Below are positions 11,018 to 24,049 of a stretch of 64,000 nucleotides of DNA, in pieces (position 1 is the stretch's first letter; each line of letters starts with the position of its first letter). Source of the stretch: a virus. Location of the stretch: positions 1,498 to 65,497 of the IMG/VR virus record IMGVR_UViG_3300041964_000076. One strand, 5' to 3'. The position numbers were made by a program, and so were the translations under genes. The notes below the pieces were generated by a model that had not been told where the DNA came from, made no database searches, and was given only the letters and a program-made list of their open reading frames with translations.

Positions 11018-11406
11018 TGGAACTCAAATGGAATCCTCCCACAAGCAAAAACATCACAGCCACTTTTGGCTGGGGCAATGAACAGGTGGATTATGCCGTA
11101 GATGTAGCGTTGGGCGTTACCTATCTGGGTGGCAATCGTGGACCCGCTCGTGACTGGACTGAAGTGGCGATCGCTCGGAATAATTTACCCCAGGTCTTTG
11201 CTGCCAATTACAACGGCAATATCAGAGAAGCCTTTTTAGATGTCGTTGATCACATGAAAGGCGATTTTAGCGATGTAATCGATCACTACGACTGGGGTAT
11301 TCCCAGCAATAACACCAAGCAGTATAGAGAAGGCGTGCCCACCTGGAAAACCATTTCGGATTCAGGCGCACTCAGAGACTCCTTGCAAGTCGAGGTAAGC
11401 GAATGA
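11017..11406 (+). CDS. Putative neck/tail completion protein (HK97 gp10-like)
   Basis: C-terminal DSGALRDSLQV motif; position. Confidence 0.5.
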   Translation: MELKWNPPTSKNITATFGWGNEQVDYAVDVALGVTYLGGNRGPARDWTEVAIARNNLPQVFAANYNGNIREAFLDVVDHMKGDFSDVIDHYDWGIPSNNTKQYREGVPTWKTISDSGALRDSLQVEVSE

Positions 11407-11835
11407 ACGCAACACCAAGGCAACCTGCTGTATCAGAACTAGCCAAGACCGTGCGATCGCTCCTCAAGGATCAACTTGGCACCTTTGCCGATGGTGGGAG
11501 TGCAATCTGGGTGGAACCGCCACAAGCCCCGCAATCAGGTAAAGGTGTACACGTCTATATTCAGCGGCATTGTTCGCAACTCACCAGCGCTTTGTACCAG
11601 TGGCGCGTGTCGCTTGTGCTGCGTGGCGGCAAAGGGCAGGACTGATGCTGAACACGCTACCTATGAACAGAATTTACAGAGGTATGACCAGGCGATCGCA
11701 TTGATGCGCCAAAAGTTTCCCAGCTCTCGCGAAATCTCTACACCGTACCGCGAAGATTTACCCCCTCAAACAACCTTTTTGGTGGCTGTTGTGCAGCTAA
11801 TGTCTACCCAAAAAATCATCGTCCAATCCCCTTAA
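11403..11835 (+). CDS. Putative tail terminator (frameshifted)
   Basis: ORF 11403-11645 continues in the 11476-11835 frame; directly before tail tube. Confidence 0.4.
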
Positions 11836-11848
11836 TTGGAGTTCCTAA

Positions 11849-12779
11849 ATGGTTTCCCTCTCAACAGTCAAGCTGAACGGTCCCTCAAACGCACTTGTGA
11901 CCACTAATATCCGGTTACAGATTGCCGAATTGCCGCTCGGTATTCGCGTCCCTCCTGTTTACACAATTACGGTTGCTACACCTGGAACGGCTCAATCCGT
12001 CACGGTGGGTGTCGCGGCACTAATCGGTGCTACAACTCTCACCGTTACTGCCCTCACAGCAGCGCTGCCTGCCTTCTCAATTCTGACACTAGGCGGCTCC
12101 GGTGCGGTCGTCACCTCTGCGGCGGCGGCTAGTGGCGCAACAACCATCACCGTATACCCGATTAACTTTGAAATTGCAGCGGCTACAGTCTTTGCCTACG
12201 ACGCTGGCGCCTTTAACGATCGGCTCAACGATGATCGCGGTGCACAGCCTTGCCAGTCATCGTCGATGTCGGCACTATCCTTACCTTTGGCGCTCAATCT
12301 GTCATCGTGACGGGTCGTAGCCCAGCGGGTGCGGTACAGCTTCGTGTCAGCGCCCTTGGCACAGCATTGGTTGCTGGCGACACAGCGACGACTAAAGGCT
12401 TGTTTACGGTCTATGGTTGTACGTCTTCTCCCGTGCCCAGCCCTGAGCCAAAGGTCGTTGATACCACCAACCTGCTGTCAGGGATTGGGATGGAATCGAA
12501 GATCACGGCGGTCAAACAAACCATGACTGTTAACTTCAACGTGGTTGCTGGCGACTTAGGTGGCGGGCTACTGGTTGACATTCTGCGAAACAAACAGAAA
12601 TACAACCGAGAGTTCTACTTCGAGGTATCGCTCGACTACAACGAATTGCACACCGGAGCGGCGATCGTCACCGCTGGCCCCGAATCTGGTGAAATCAAGA
12701 CTTGAGAAAGATTGCTGCCACCGCTCAGGTGCAAGGCGATTCTTACGAATACACCAAGCCTAACTATGTCTTCTTCTAA
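11849..12779 (+). CDS. Major tail tube protein with Ala/Thr-rich accessory domain (frameshifted)
   Basis: Fragments 11849-12310 and 12250-12705 plus a tail to TAA 12779; VVDTTNLLSGIGMESKITAVKQTMTVNFN pattern. Confidence 0.65.
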
Positions 12780-13032
12780 GGTCGAAGCTTACGACTACTT
12801 AGGGGCTGCTAATGGTGAGATTTTGCTGATTAATTGCGACCTCAAAGACGATCGGGTGCTGTGTGGTTTAGTCTATGCAACACCCGGACTACCCCCAAAG
12901 GTCGTGCTGTGTAATCCCAGTGGCAGGCAGATAGGCTTTATTCGCCATCCCTGACTCGATCAGAACATGGCAACCACAGTGCTACACCAGTCGAAACGAT
13001 GACATTGAGTTTTCATTCACAAGGTACTAATC

Positions 13033-13311
13033 ATGGCTGACAAAGGTAAAGACGTTGAATTGATTGCGGTTACTCCCTGCTTTGACCATCAAGCAAAGGT
13101 GCGACATGAAGTAGGGCATCAATTCACGGTGGACGAACAGCAGGCTAAAGACTTCCTCGAGATGGGTGCAGCGGTCAAGCCTGACGACAAAAAGGCAGAA
13201 GCATTGATCGCCAATGCCCATGCGATCGCTGACAAAAATGCAGGCGCGATCGCTGCCCTCCATGAAATCGACGCAAACAAAACTGTAACCAACCCTGGCA
13301 ATCTGGTCTAA
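13033..13311 (+). CDS. Hypothetical protein
   Basis: ORF in tail operon. Confidence 0.4.
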   Translation: MADKGKDVELIAVTPCFDHQAKVRHEVGHQFTVDEQQAKDFLEMGAAVKPDDKKAEALIANAHAIADKNAGAIAALHEIDANKTVTNPGNLV

Positions 13312-13313
13312 CT

Positions 13314-14579
13314 ATGACTTTTAGCGCTTTCGGTCAACTCCGCTCCATTCCCACGCCCGTGATAACCCTGCCTGATGGGGACACCATTTACTTCATCAGC
13401 ACAGGTGGAGTTGATGGCAATATCTATCCCGTTTCTTTCCAAGAAGAGGAACGGGAAAAGCAGGCACAAGTAACGATGCTGCTGTTCCAATCGTCGCGCA
13501 ATCTGGCAAGCGATCGCGGCATCACGCCTGAGCTTGCCCTCGATCAAATGATGGCGCGAGATGGTGAAACCATCAACCCACTCAGCTATCTCGATGAAGT
13601 AGCAGGTAAAAACTATCTGCGACTGGTTTCCGAGAGCGCCAAGCTGAAGCTAGAAATGGTTGCCAACCTGATCCGGCATCGCGTTGCGTTTCACATCGTT
13701 GTCTCTCAACCCTGCAAAGCCAAGTCGAAGCAGTTGTTTATCAAGTGCCCCTGGTTCCTAGAGAAGCGTGCGATCGAGGTGGGTCAGTGCTTCCAATTCC
13801 CATCCTTCAAAGTACAGATCGTAGAACCGTACGATCCTGAATCTGAGTCGATCGTAGTGACAGCGATCGGCGGAACTCTCGAACCGGGTGCCGTTGGCTT
13901 TTTGCTGAAGGCAGACAACAAGACCTATGCGATGGGCGATCCGAGCTGGTCAGCCGAAGAAACCCAATCGCTGACGCTGGTTAACGCTGACGGGTCAAAA
14001 TCGCAGATTGATCAAATTTACGACTTTTACCTAAGCGAGTCGGGCAAGCTGCCTGAAGCAGAAGCCGAAAGCGGAGGGAAACGAATTAGCCTCGACGAGC
14101 GAGAAGAAAGGCTTCGAGAGTGGCTCCGGTCAAAGCTTATTGACTGGGACGAACTCTACTGGAGAATCCAACTCAGTGGATGTAGAGATCAACGGTTCAG
14201 CGCTGAAAACTTTGGAGACTGCCCTAGCTGGTTAGTGCTTCCAATGTGTTGAGCAAATCAGCAAGCGGGAACGGCAAAACGCGAACGTGATGGCAAAAGT
14301 CACTCGATCGGCTGGAGTGGACTCTTCAATGGTTTTGGTGGCAAGGATAGCCCGAAAACCGAATGGTCTGAACTCTTGCCGTTTCCGATGGATGATGCGC
14401 TGGCGAATGACAAGCTCAGAATCAGCCAAGCAACGGCTGTTATTTTTGTTCGCTTGCACCGCAAAGGCTTGATTCCACCACACGTTACAGGGGCACTCAC
14501 CCCTAATCGACGAAATCGAATCTCTCACTGGCAGCAAACTCTGATCGTAGGTGTGAAGTGGCAGCAGGCGTTTCTCTAG
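13314..14579 (+). CDS. Tail assembly chaperone G/GT-like
   Basis: Between tail tube and tape measure; contains GGGAAAC slippery heptamer. Confidence 0.55.
14076..14082 (+). other. Candidate programmed -1 frameshift site (G GGA AAC)
   Basis: X XXY YYZ heptamer in the chaperone gene; one frame gives an S/T-rich short tail ending at a TAG, the other the DWDELYW T-like frame. Confidence 0.5.
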
Positions 14580-17500
14580 GGTCACTTTATTTAGAGCTTG
14601 GACTCAGCACAGGCGACTACGATCGAGCGCTGTCGGCGGCGAAGTCTGCTGCCATTGGTGTGGGCAGAGATATTGAAAAAAGTCTCAAACTCAAGCCAAC
14701 GGTTGACCACGCTGAACTTAAAAAGCTCAATCAACATCTGGACTTAAAGCAAAAGCACGTTGCCCAGGTTAATAGTTATTTTCGCTCTAACCCGCTTACG
14801 CCCAGAGTAGACACAAGCGAGGTTGACGCAGCCTCATCAAAGCTCAAAGCACTTAAAGCCAACAACGGTGGCACTATTCGCGTTGCTGTCTCTCAAGCCG
14901 TAACAGGTGTAGCAGTGGTTCAAGCAATGGAGTAGAGAGAGCGATCAATGCCTTACCCGATCGCATTGCCAAAGCCATCAAGCCCGGTGCGTTGGGGCAA
15001 GCTGCGGGCAGCATTGGTCGCGCTGTGTCTAGTACGGTTGGTTCGCTTGCAGGTAATGTGCTGTCCATCCCCGCAAATCTGGCAGCAGAAGCCGGAAAGG
15101 GTCTTTTGTATGGCATCACACAGGAAGTCTCTAAAAATCTAGGGGGAGGGCTGTCTACTGCCCTAGAACGTGCAGCATCCACCTCGATCGGCTCGACTCG
15201 ACTGCTAGGCGATAAGCTAGGCGGGCAACTCGGCAGCATGGTCGTTGAGAGCTTTAGCGATCGCCTGAGCTTGCTGACAGAAGTTGCCGAAAAAGCGGTA
15301 GAAGGCATCTCTGATCAGAAGCTAAAGAAAAAACTGCAAGAGACGATCGCTGATGTGAAAGCCGCGCCACAAGCGATCGCTTCGCAAACACAGGCGGCGA
15401 TCGGCAGTGAGGCAATTGTACAAGAGGGATTGTACCAAAGAGGTCAGCAGCGAGAGGCGAACAAATCTAGAACTCCGCTTGTTAGAGAGCAGGCAGTAGA
15501 GGAATGGAGGAGTGCCGTAGTTGTTTCAGACAAACTCGCAGGGGCTAGGACTGAAAGAATCAAAGCGCAAGCCGTTGCTGCAACTCGTCAGGTAGCTAGT
15601 GCTACCAAAGCTCTTAGCAAAATTGATTCTCTGACTCAAGACAAATTTGGTCTTTCTGCATCTGACTTTAACTTAAAAGCTGCACCAATCTTGCAGCAAA
15701 GGAAGCGTAGTCAATTTGATTTAGCGCTAACACAAAATCAAATTGGCACAACACAGGCAAGCCTTCAATCAGACACAGAAGGCTTGCCAAAACTAGAAGC
15801 CTTGCAGAAACGAGCGACTAAAGCTGGCGACACTGGCTTAGCTGATCAATTAGCTAACGAGGTTTCAAACGCAAATTTACGTGTACAAGAAAACACAAAA
15901 AAACTAAAGGCACTTAGCGCCAAGCAAGCAGTTCAAAATGACAAACTTGCAGAATACGACGCTTCAATCAGCGAAACTTTTGGGCAGTCTGCTGAAGAAG
16001 TTATAAGATACAGCGCTTCACTGTCAAAGGCTCAACAAAAAGCGATTGCAGGAAAGCAAAAGCTTGGGGGCGCTAAACAGCAAATGCAAATAGCCAATAT
16101 TGCTGCACAAAAAAAAGCGCAAAAATTCTTACAATTCAAAGCAGTAGCATCGCCTGATCAGCCACAGCAATACGAAGAGATTGCCCGCACGCTTTACGGT
16201 CAAGAGTTTGATACTGAAAAACTACCTCAGATGGTGGTTGCTGATGCCAGCCTCAAGCAATCGGGCGCGGTCAGCCAGTATGACCCGTTGCGAAACGCGA
16301 TCGAGGTCACAACTGAAATGTACGAACAGGTGAAGGCGGGCACGCTCACACCGGAACAAATTACCGTACTCAGTGAAGAATTAGCCCATGCCAGAGATTT
16401 TGATTTTGGTTCCTATCAAGGCATTCAGGCAGCACGACAAAATCGCACGGTGGGAGAAACTACGGCACCCACACCGGAAGAGTTCAGTGAGATAGCGCCA
16501 AATCTGGGTTTATATGGCGAAGATCGACGTGCCCTAGAGTTGAGTGCCAAAACTGAAGCGTTGCGGAATACTCAAGCCTATCTGCAAAGACAAAAGCAAG
16601 GTAAAGGCTTTAGCAATGCTTCAGTTTTTGCTACTGGCAAAGACTTTTTTCAAAATAAAGAACAGAGTTAAACGCTCGGTTGGCTGGCTTTCAGGCGATG
16701 GCGGCGAAGCTGGGCGGGAACGTCGATAAAGTGGTCGAAACTTATAAAGAAGTGTTCGACAAAATTAAAAGTGAATTTAATGAACTTGCTGATCAAGCGG
16801 TCGCTGATGCCGCTACAGGTTCATTAGATGAAGCCAAGCTTGCAGACTACTCGAAGCGTCGGGAAGCCTTAGGCAGTCAACTACAAACGGTTGAGGGCAA
16901 GTTAACAGAACGAATTGCTAATTATAAGGTAGAGCCACCACCCGCACCAGTCGCAACCCCAGAAATGGGTCAACTTTTGCAAATGCCTTTGGCAATGCAG
17001 AGGCAACCTGAAATGGTAGAAGTTGCCACTGCTAAACCTGTAACGCCTGAAATAAAACGTGCGATCGCTCCAGCACCGACACAGGTTAAAACGCCTGCTG
17101 AAAGCGTTAAACAAGCGGCTTCCAGCGCAGGGCAAGTGGCTCGATCGACCATTGAAGCAGCGCAAAAGGCGAGTGCTACTGTTCAGCCAGCGCAAGTTGA
17201 TATTGGCAACGCACTCAACCAGGCAAAAGAGGTTTCGAGTAAGTTTTCTCAAGCCTACACCGCTCTCAAACAAGCGGTTAAAGCGGGCGATTTGACCAAG
17301 GCTGAAGCGTTCCTGGGTGTCATCCAAGCCAACGCAGAACGAGCTAAGGCAGAGGCTAAGACGGCTTACGCAGCGATGAAAGACCAGGGTGCAAGTCCTG
17401 GCGAACTATCGCAAGCTTCAAGTCGTATCGGTCAAATCAGCAAAGCAGAAAAGCTCGCTCAACAGCAAGTCGCTAAACTTCGCAAGCAGCAAGCTAAGGC

Positions 17501-20500
17501 GATCGATGATGCGTCAGGTGCAGGGCTTAAGGCAGCGTCACTGGCACCCATGAAAGGTACAGCAGCAGTCGCAGCAGTGCCCCAATTAGCCAAGTTAAAA
17601 GAGCGCATTCAGACGCGTGTTGCCGTTAGCAACGATGCCAAAGCTTCAGGCGATGACTTAAAGCTCAAGCGCTGAATGTGGCTGGCATCTCTCGCAGCCT
17701 GAACAGCAAGCGGCAACAGATGCTAGAGCAGGTTGAGCAGCAAATCGGTAACGCGATCGATGCGCTCACGCTCACTCTGCAAAATCAGCCCGACCTGATT
17801 GACAATGCCAAAGTGAACCGCACGTTACAGCGGCTCAATGATATGACCGAACGCTTACTCGATGAGCGGACTGAAATCATTGATGATGTTTTTGAAACTG
17901 AGATGCGGCGGGCAAATGATGAGTTGCTAGCGATTGGAGCAAAGGCGCAGCAGAAAGTAGATAAAGCTCCCTGACGTTGGCTTGTTGGCAGACAGAGCGA
18001 TCGACAACCAAACGCAAGACCAGTCTCAAAAAGTCATCCGCGAGAATGAACCTGAGATCAGACAAAATCGCCGCAAAGCCTATCAGATGGAGCGCGAAGG
18101 TGGGGCAGTCGTTCAAGAACGGTTAAAAGTTCTCCCACCGTCAGAAGTGCAAGGCTTTGGTAGTGGGCTACTGAAGCAGGCAAAAAGCACTGTTAGCTGG
18201 CATCAATCAAGACATGAATACCGCTGTCCAAAAGCGGGTTGCTGTCTTGCTCACTGATGCTAAATCGCTATCCAATGACATTGAAACATCGCGCATTGTT
18301 GCCAAGGGGGAAGGCGACAAACAGCAAGCGAAAGCGTTAGGCAAGGTGGGCGGGCAAGCATCTAGCGCGATCGCGAAAGGCGATGCGATTCTGGCTAAAC
18401 CTCAAGCAAAGTTACGGGCAAGGATCTGGCTGAACTTAAAGCGGTTGAGCAAGCGCTCAAGAAAGTATACGCACAGGTCGATCGACCCTTGCCACCTGAC
18501 GCTGGTGGGTTTCGGCGGATTGGCTGCCAATGCGGGCGGTTTGCTCAATACGTTAAAGGGTCTGGGGCTTGGCTTTGCTGCTTTCCAGGGCTTGCAAGCG
18601 GCTGGGACTTTTCTCAAAGACTTCACCATGCGGTCTTTGGAAGCCGCTATGACGGTCGATCGGCTCAGAGTCGCTATGGATTACGCAGCAGGGGGAGCGG
18701 CTAAAGGTGGTGACGATTGGAAGTATGTGCAAAAAACGGTAGAAGACCTGAACACGCCTTTAGCGCAGTCACGCGAAGGTTTCAAACAACTAAGCGCTGC
18801 CACCAAGGGCACAAATGTGGACGGGGAAACAACCAGAAAGCTTAACACTGGTATTTCGCAAGCCTCTGTCGCTCTAGGAATGTCACCAGAACAGCAAGAA
18901 CGTGCTAACACCGCTATATCACAAATTGCGCAAAAAGGAAAGGCCCAAGCGGAGGAGTTAAGGGGTCAACTTTCAGAAACTGGCATTTCTTTCCAGTTGG
19001 TTGCCGACTCGATGGGCTTGACGACTTCCGAATTAAACAAGCAGTTGGAAACAGGCAGCGTACTTGCTGAAGATCTGCTACCTAAGCTTGCTGACAAACT
19101 ACAGCAAGAGTTTGGAGCGTCAGCGGTCAATGCCGCAGGCAACGCTCAGGGCGCACTCAACAAATTTAATAACTCTGTACTGACCACGCAAGAATCATTC
19201 GGCAAAATGATTCAGCCTGCACAGGTAGCGATTCTTAACACCTTGTCAGCCGTTCTTAAACCTTTGGGTGAAAACATTCAGTTAGTAGCGCTGATTGTCG
19301 GCGCTTTAACGGCTAGTTTCGCTGTTTTTGGCGTAGGGGCACTTGGTTCTATTGGTGTAGTGTCTACAGCGTGGAAAACAGCAACACTGGCAGCAGCAGC
19401 GGGCGGGAAGATGCTGCTAGCCTCAATGGGACCCATCGCTGCCGCCTTTGTGGCGCTTTACGCCACAATCGAAGTCGGGAAAAATGTCTTGACTCGCTTC
19501 ACCCCCTCTGACTTTGGCAAAGGTGTGATTGAGTCCTCTAACAAGATCGAAGAGAGTCTCACCAGAATTGCCAATAAAGCCGCGATCGCTCGTGGAGAGA
19601 TCAGTCAGATTACACCACCTAAGCGCCAATCGTCTGGCTGGATTGATGATCTTCAGGTGAAGTCAGATGAGTTTTTCAGTGGTGCAGCTAGCAAGGTTGG
19701 TATTAAGTGGCAGAACACCAACACAGCCGCAGAGGATCAAACCAAAAAAGATATAGAAGCGACTCAGAAGGCGGGCGAAACCGCTAAAAAGTTAGCCACG
19801 CAATTTGACAAAGAGTCCCTAGTCAACTCCCTGAATCAAACCAAGCAACGCGATGAAGACTTGAAGCGCTTAGGCTACAAAAAACAGGCATTGCAGGGTG
19901 CATTGACTCCAGACAAGCAGGCGATCGAGAAAGTTGATGTTGAAATTGCTGCGAAAACAGGCGATCGCAAAAAGGCGGCTGAAACTTTCAGCGATCGCTA
20001 TGGCGCTGTTTCTAGCGCCCTGAAAAATTACCAGGAGCAACTAGCGAAAGTTGACACTCTTGAAGTAGATGACAGCGTCAAAGAACAACTCAAAAAGCCT
20101 TTGCAAGAGTCGGTCACAGCGCTGAAAACTGCCAAAGAGGAGATGGATGGACTGCAAAAGTCGGTCGGCACAGTAGTCGATCCAACACAAAAACTGCTGT
20201 CAGCGTTTGAAGGAATTAACACAGCCCTAGAAGAAACAAGGCGTAAAGCCGATGCTGCTTTTGCTCAACGCACCTTAAAAATTAATACGGATCAACTGAC
20301 TGGGTTTAACAATGATATTGATGCTGGCGGCAAAGCAAATGTAGCTAAAGCGGAAGCAGAACGCGATCGACTCTCAGCCCAAGTTTCCGGCTCTCAAACT
20401 GCTATTAGCAAAACAAAAGAGCAGTTAAGTGATCCGATGGTGCAAGATATGCTGAAGTCGGTTACAACCACTTCAGGCGCAAGCATTACACCCGATTCAT

Positions 20501-23317
20501 CGATCGCCCAAATTGAAGACGCAAAAAAACGTCTTAGCGACAAAGACTCTGGTAAGAAAGACGTATTAGACCAACTCAAAGCGTACCGCGAACAGCGTGA
20601 TAAGTTGCCGGAACTGCAAGGGCAATTAGCAGGTTCTAAACTTCAGGTGAAGGAGGCAGGGCAGCAGCTAGTACTGACGCAGTTAGGACGGCAAACCGCT
20701 GATGATGAGAGCAAGGTCAAACGGACGGAAACCGATCGCAATGCCAAACTCAGGAGTCAACAGTCAGCGGTCAATGTCAAGCGATCGAAGAACCTTTTCT
20801 ACTCTGATGCTGATGCGGGTATTGCTGAAGCCGACCTGGGTATCAGACAGGCGGAATCACAGCGCACGTCTGCAACTACCAGAGAAGGCAATGTAGGGGC
20901 TAGCCTGAGGCGGATCAAGGAGTCATTTGATGCAGGCAAAATTAGCAAGGAGGAGTACGTTCGCCAAGAGCGCGAGCTGGGCGATCAGTTGGTGGAAGCG
21001 CGATCGAAATCGGCAGAGGCAGAAGCGCAAATTGAAGAGGCAAGAGCCAAGAAGTTTGAAGCCGTCAACCGTCGGCGTATCGAGAAGGTGCAAGAGTTAA
21101 ACGCTGATGAGGAATCCATACTCAAACGGCGCGAGACTTTAGCCAATGCCGGATTTAGTGCCAAGCAAGCCAGTCTGAGCATGGCAAAAGCAAGAACACG
21201 TTTTACAGTGAGGCTGATGCAGGAGTCGCTGAAGCTGGGCTGGGCGTTCAACGTGCTGCCAGCCAACAGCAGTTTGCAGGCGATCGCGCTGACTTGGTAG
21301 ACAAGCAGCTACAACGAGTACGGCAACTTTATAAGCAAGGTGCCATGTCTGCGTCAGAGTTCCACAAACAGGAACGCGACTTGATTGATCAGGCGACGGA
21401 CGCGAGAGCCAAAGGGACTGAAGCTGCTGCTGCCTAGAGGAGGCTTACGCCCGTAGAATTGAAGCCGTCAATCGTCAGCGGATTGAAAAAATCCAAGAGA
21501 TGAATGCTGATGAGGAGTCGATCCTCAAACGGCGCGAAAGCGTGGCGAATGCCAAATTCGTGGCACAGCAAGCGGGTCTGAGCATGGCAAAAGCCGAAGA
21601 ACTCTTTCTTTAGCGAAACCGAAGCCGGGGTTGCTGATGCTGATATTGGGCGTTCAGCGTGCTGTGAGTCAGCAACACAGTTGCAGCGATCGCACTGGAC
21701 TCCTTGAGAAGCAACTGCAACGAGAGCAGCAACTCTACAAACAAGGGGCAATGAGTGCGTCAGAGTTCCGCAAAAAAGAGCGCGATTTAGTAGACCAAAT
21801 TACAGAGGCACGCACTAAAGGGACGGAAGCGGCGGCGGCTCTAGAGGAGGCCGTATGCTCGTAAGGTTGAAGCGGCTAACCGTCAGAAGCTTGATCAGAT
21901 TGAACTGCTAAAGAAGAAGGCAGAAGCGGGCATTCAGCTTAAGTCCACTGACCAACAAACAGCGCTACAAACCAGCTTGCTGAGTAGCCCTGCGGCGGGC
22001 GAGCAAGAGCAGTCACAGGTAGCCCGATCGATCATCTTGATTGAGCAATCAGCTTCTACGGCTCGGATGGCGTTGAAGCAAAACGAGCTAGCACAGACGA
22101 AGCAACTGACAGCAGAGGGCGTGATCAGCGCCAAAGATGCGATCGAGAAAGAAATGCAACTCACTCAAGAACTGAGTGATATGAGACTGCAAGCGGCTCA
22201 ACGTGAAGTGCAGATGGCGCAAATGGTCAAGGACAGTCGCGCTAAATTGTTGACCGAATTGGCACGACTAGAGAATGAGCAGATCGATCGCTCCAAACAA
22301 CTACTTGATTCTCAGGCATCGCTTGCCAAGGCACAATCTGACCTGTCGATCGCCCGTAGTTCAACCCAACTGAATACCACCGATCGCGCCTTTGGGTTGA
22401 GAGAACGGCTTGAAACGGATAAAAATCTAAACCCTGAAGTGCGGGCAACGATCGAACGGCAGTTAGGGCAGTCGGGCTTTGGCGGGATGGATTCTACAGG
22501 CATCCTCAAACAAAGAGCGGCAATCGAGAATGATATTGCTGCCAAACAGGTAGCAGCACGTGAGACAGAGTTTGACTTTGCCCGCAAATCACTAGAAATT
22601 GATTTACGGAAACAGGAGATTGCCAACAAAACGCTGGCGATCGAGGCTCAGAAATACAAGCTAGACAGCGATCGCGCCAAGCTCCAAGCGATCAAGGATT
22701 ACAGCACGGCTCAGGCATCCGGCGACGAGTCAGGGATGCGGATGGCGGGCATGAGCCTTGATACTGCTGCCAATATGAGTAAGCTGGCTGACGCTCAACT
22801 GGCAGCCGCTCAAGAGAATATGGGCGTACAGAAACAAATTGCCGAAAACTCGCGCATTCAGCTTACTTTGAGCCAAGAAAAGATTCGCGAAGAGTTTGCA
22901 GGGCAAGACAGTATCAGGCGGCAAAACAATGAACTGAGCATCATTGAGCAAGCGGTAAAAGCCAAAACCCCTGCGAGAGCTTTGGGTGGACCCGTTAACG
23001 CTAGTCAGCCCTATCTCGTCGGCGAACGTGGACCCGAATTGTTCGTGCCTAAAGCAGGTGGGCAAATTTACAATGCCGATGATACTGCTAAAGTTTTCAG
23101 CGCCTCTGCTGCCACACCAACGATCGGGGGTAGCAGTAGTGGCTTCAGTGGGATGAATGGCAGTAGCGTCGATGCCAAGCTCGACAAGCTCATTAACGTA
23201 ATTGGAGCGGCTTTGGGTCGCCCACACCTCACAGTCAGCAGTCCTCAACCTGTCAACGATGCCGCTCGTATCTACTCAGAAATTAGTGCTCAACAAGTCT
23301 CTAACGCGAATATATAG
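14558..23317 (+). CDS. Tail tape measure protein, about 2900 aa when frames are joined
   Basis: Tape-measure domain (ISQIAQKGKAQAEELRGQLSE) at about 18650-19200; Ala/Gln-rich coiled coils; C-terminal GGPV...YLVGERGPELFVP; several frameshifts. Confidence 0.9.
20660..21900 (+). repeat. About 400-bp degenerate tandem coding repeat in the tape measure gene (about 3 copies)
   Basis: GCCGTCAA-starting units at 21061 and 21464, related unit at 21872; shared GCTGATGAGGA...CTCAAACGGCGCGA...CTGAGCATGGCAAAAGC. Confidence 0.8.
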
Positions 23318-23324
23318 GAGAAAA

Positions 23325-23543
23325 ATGCAAGACTTTTCAATTGCAATTACTTTCAAAAATCCAAGCAAACAACCCATTACTCATGCTGATATTGATAGCT
23401 ACGTAAAACTTGCCGTACAAGTGGTGGGAGAATCGCGCCAAATCAAGCAAAAGTTAATTGTTAGCAGTCCACACCCAATAAACGACGCGGCTAGGATTTA
23501 CTCAGAAATCATTGCTCAACAAGTGCCCAACGCAAATATCTGA
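23325..23543 (+). CDS. 72-aa protein whose C-terminus duplicates the tape measure C-terminus
   Basis: VSSPHPINDAARIYSEIIAQQVPNANI versus TMP VSSPQPVNDAARIYSEISAQQVSNANI; GGAG RBS. Confidence 0.7.
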   Translation: MQDFSIAITFKNPSKQPITHADIDSYVKLAVQVVGESRQIKQKLIVSSPHPINDAARIYSEIIAQQVPNANI

Positions 23544-24049
23544 TGGCAATCAATTACCTTAGCTTTTCCATAGCAGGCATTACCATTCCCATCTATGCGG
23601 CGACGGGTGAGATTGTCTTTCACAAACAAGATAATTTCCCACGGCTGCGAGCGGATGCACCAGGCGTTGAGCGCAGTGCTTACAATACACCCATCAAATA
23701 TGGTGGCTTTCTGCCAGAACCGCACATCTGGACGGTGAAAGTTTTAGCACCGATCGCGCTTCAGCCCGTTGTGCAAGCCATGTATGACATCCATAACGAC
23801 CTGTTCACAAAGCGGCAACCAGCGGAAATTCGGCTGATTGATGCTTACCAGATGTTTAATGAACTAGGCGATCGCACTCGCGCTGTAGCACCTGCACCGT
23901 TTGATGCTGTGACCACCAATGCCTATGGACTGACTGAGTATTTTGCTCAGTTTGATGTGTGGTTCTCAAAGCGTCCCGAATTTACCCTCGAAGGGGGCAG
24001 CGTGATTATTGACTTAGCCTTTGAAGAGTATAAGGTCGTGCCTGCCTGA
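23543..24049 (+). CDS. Putative distal tail (Dit-like) protein
   Basis: Position right after the tape measure; TGATG coupling. Confidence 0.5.
   Translation: MAINYLSFSIAGITIPIYAATGEIVFHKQDNFPRLRADAPGVERSAYNTPIKYGGFLPEPHIWTVKVLAPIALQPVVQAMYDIHNDLFTKRQPAEIRLIDAYQMFNELGDRTRAVAPAPFDAVTTNAYGLTEYFAQFDVWFSKRPEFTLEGGSVIIDLAFEEYKVVPA

Noticed and set aside
23221-23543. Diversity-generating retroelement TR/VR pair
   Set aside because: Differences are mostly synonymous and not adenine-specific; no reverse transcriptase in the window.
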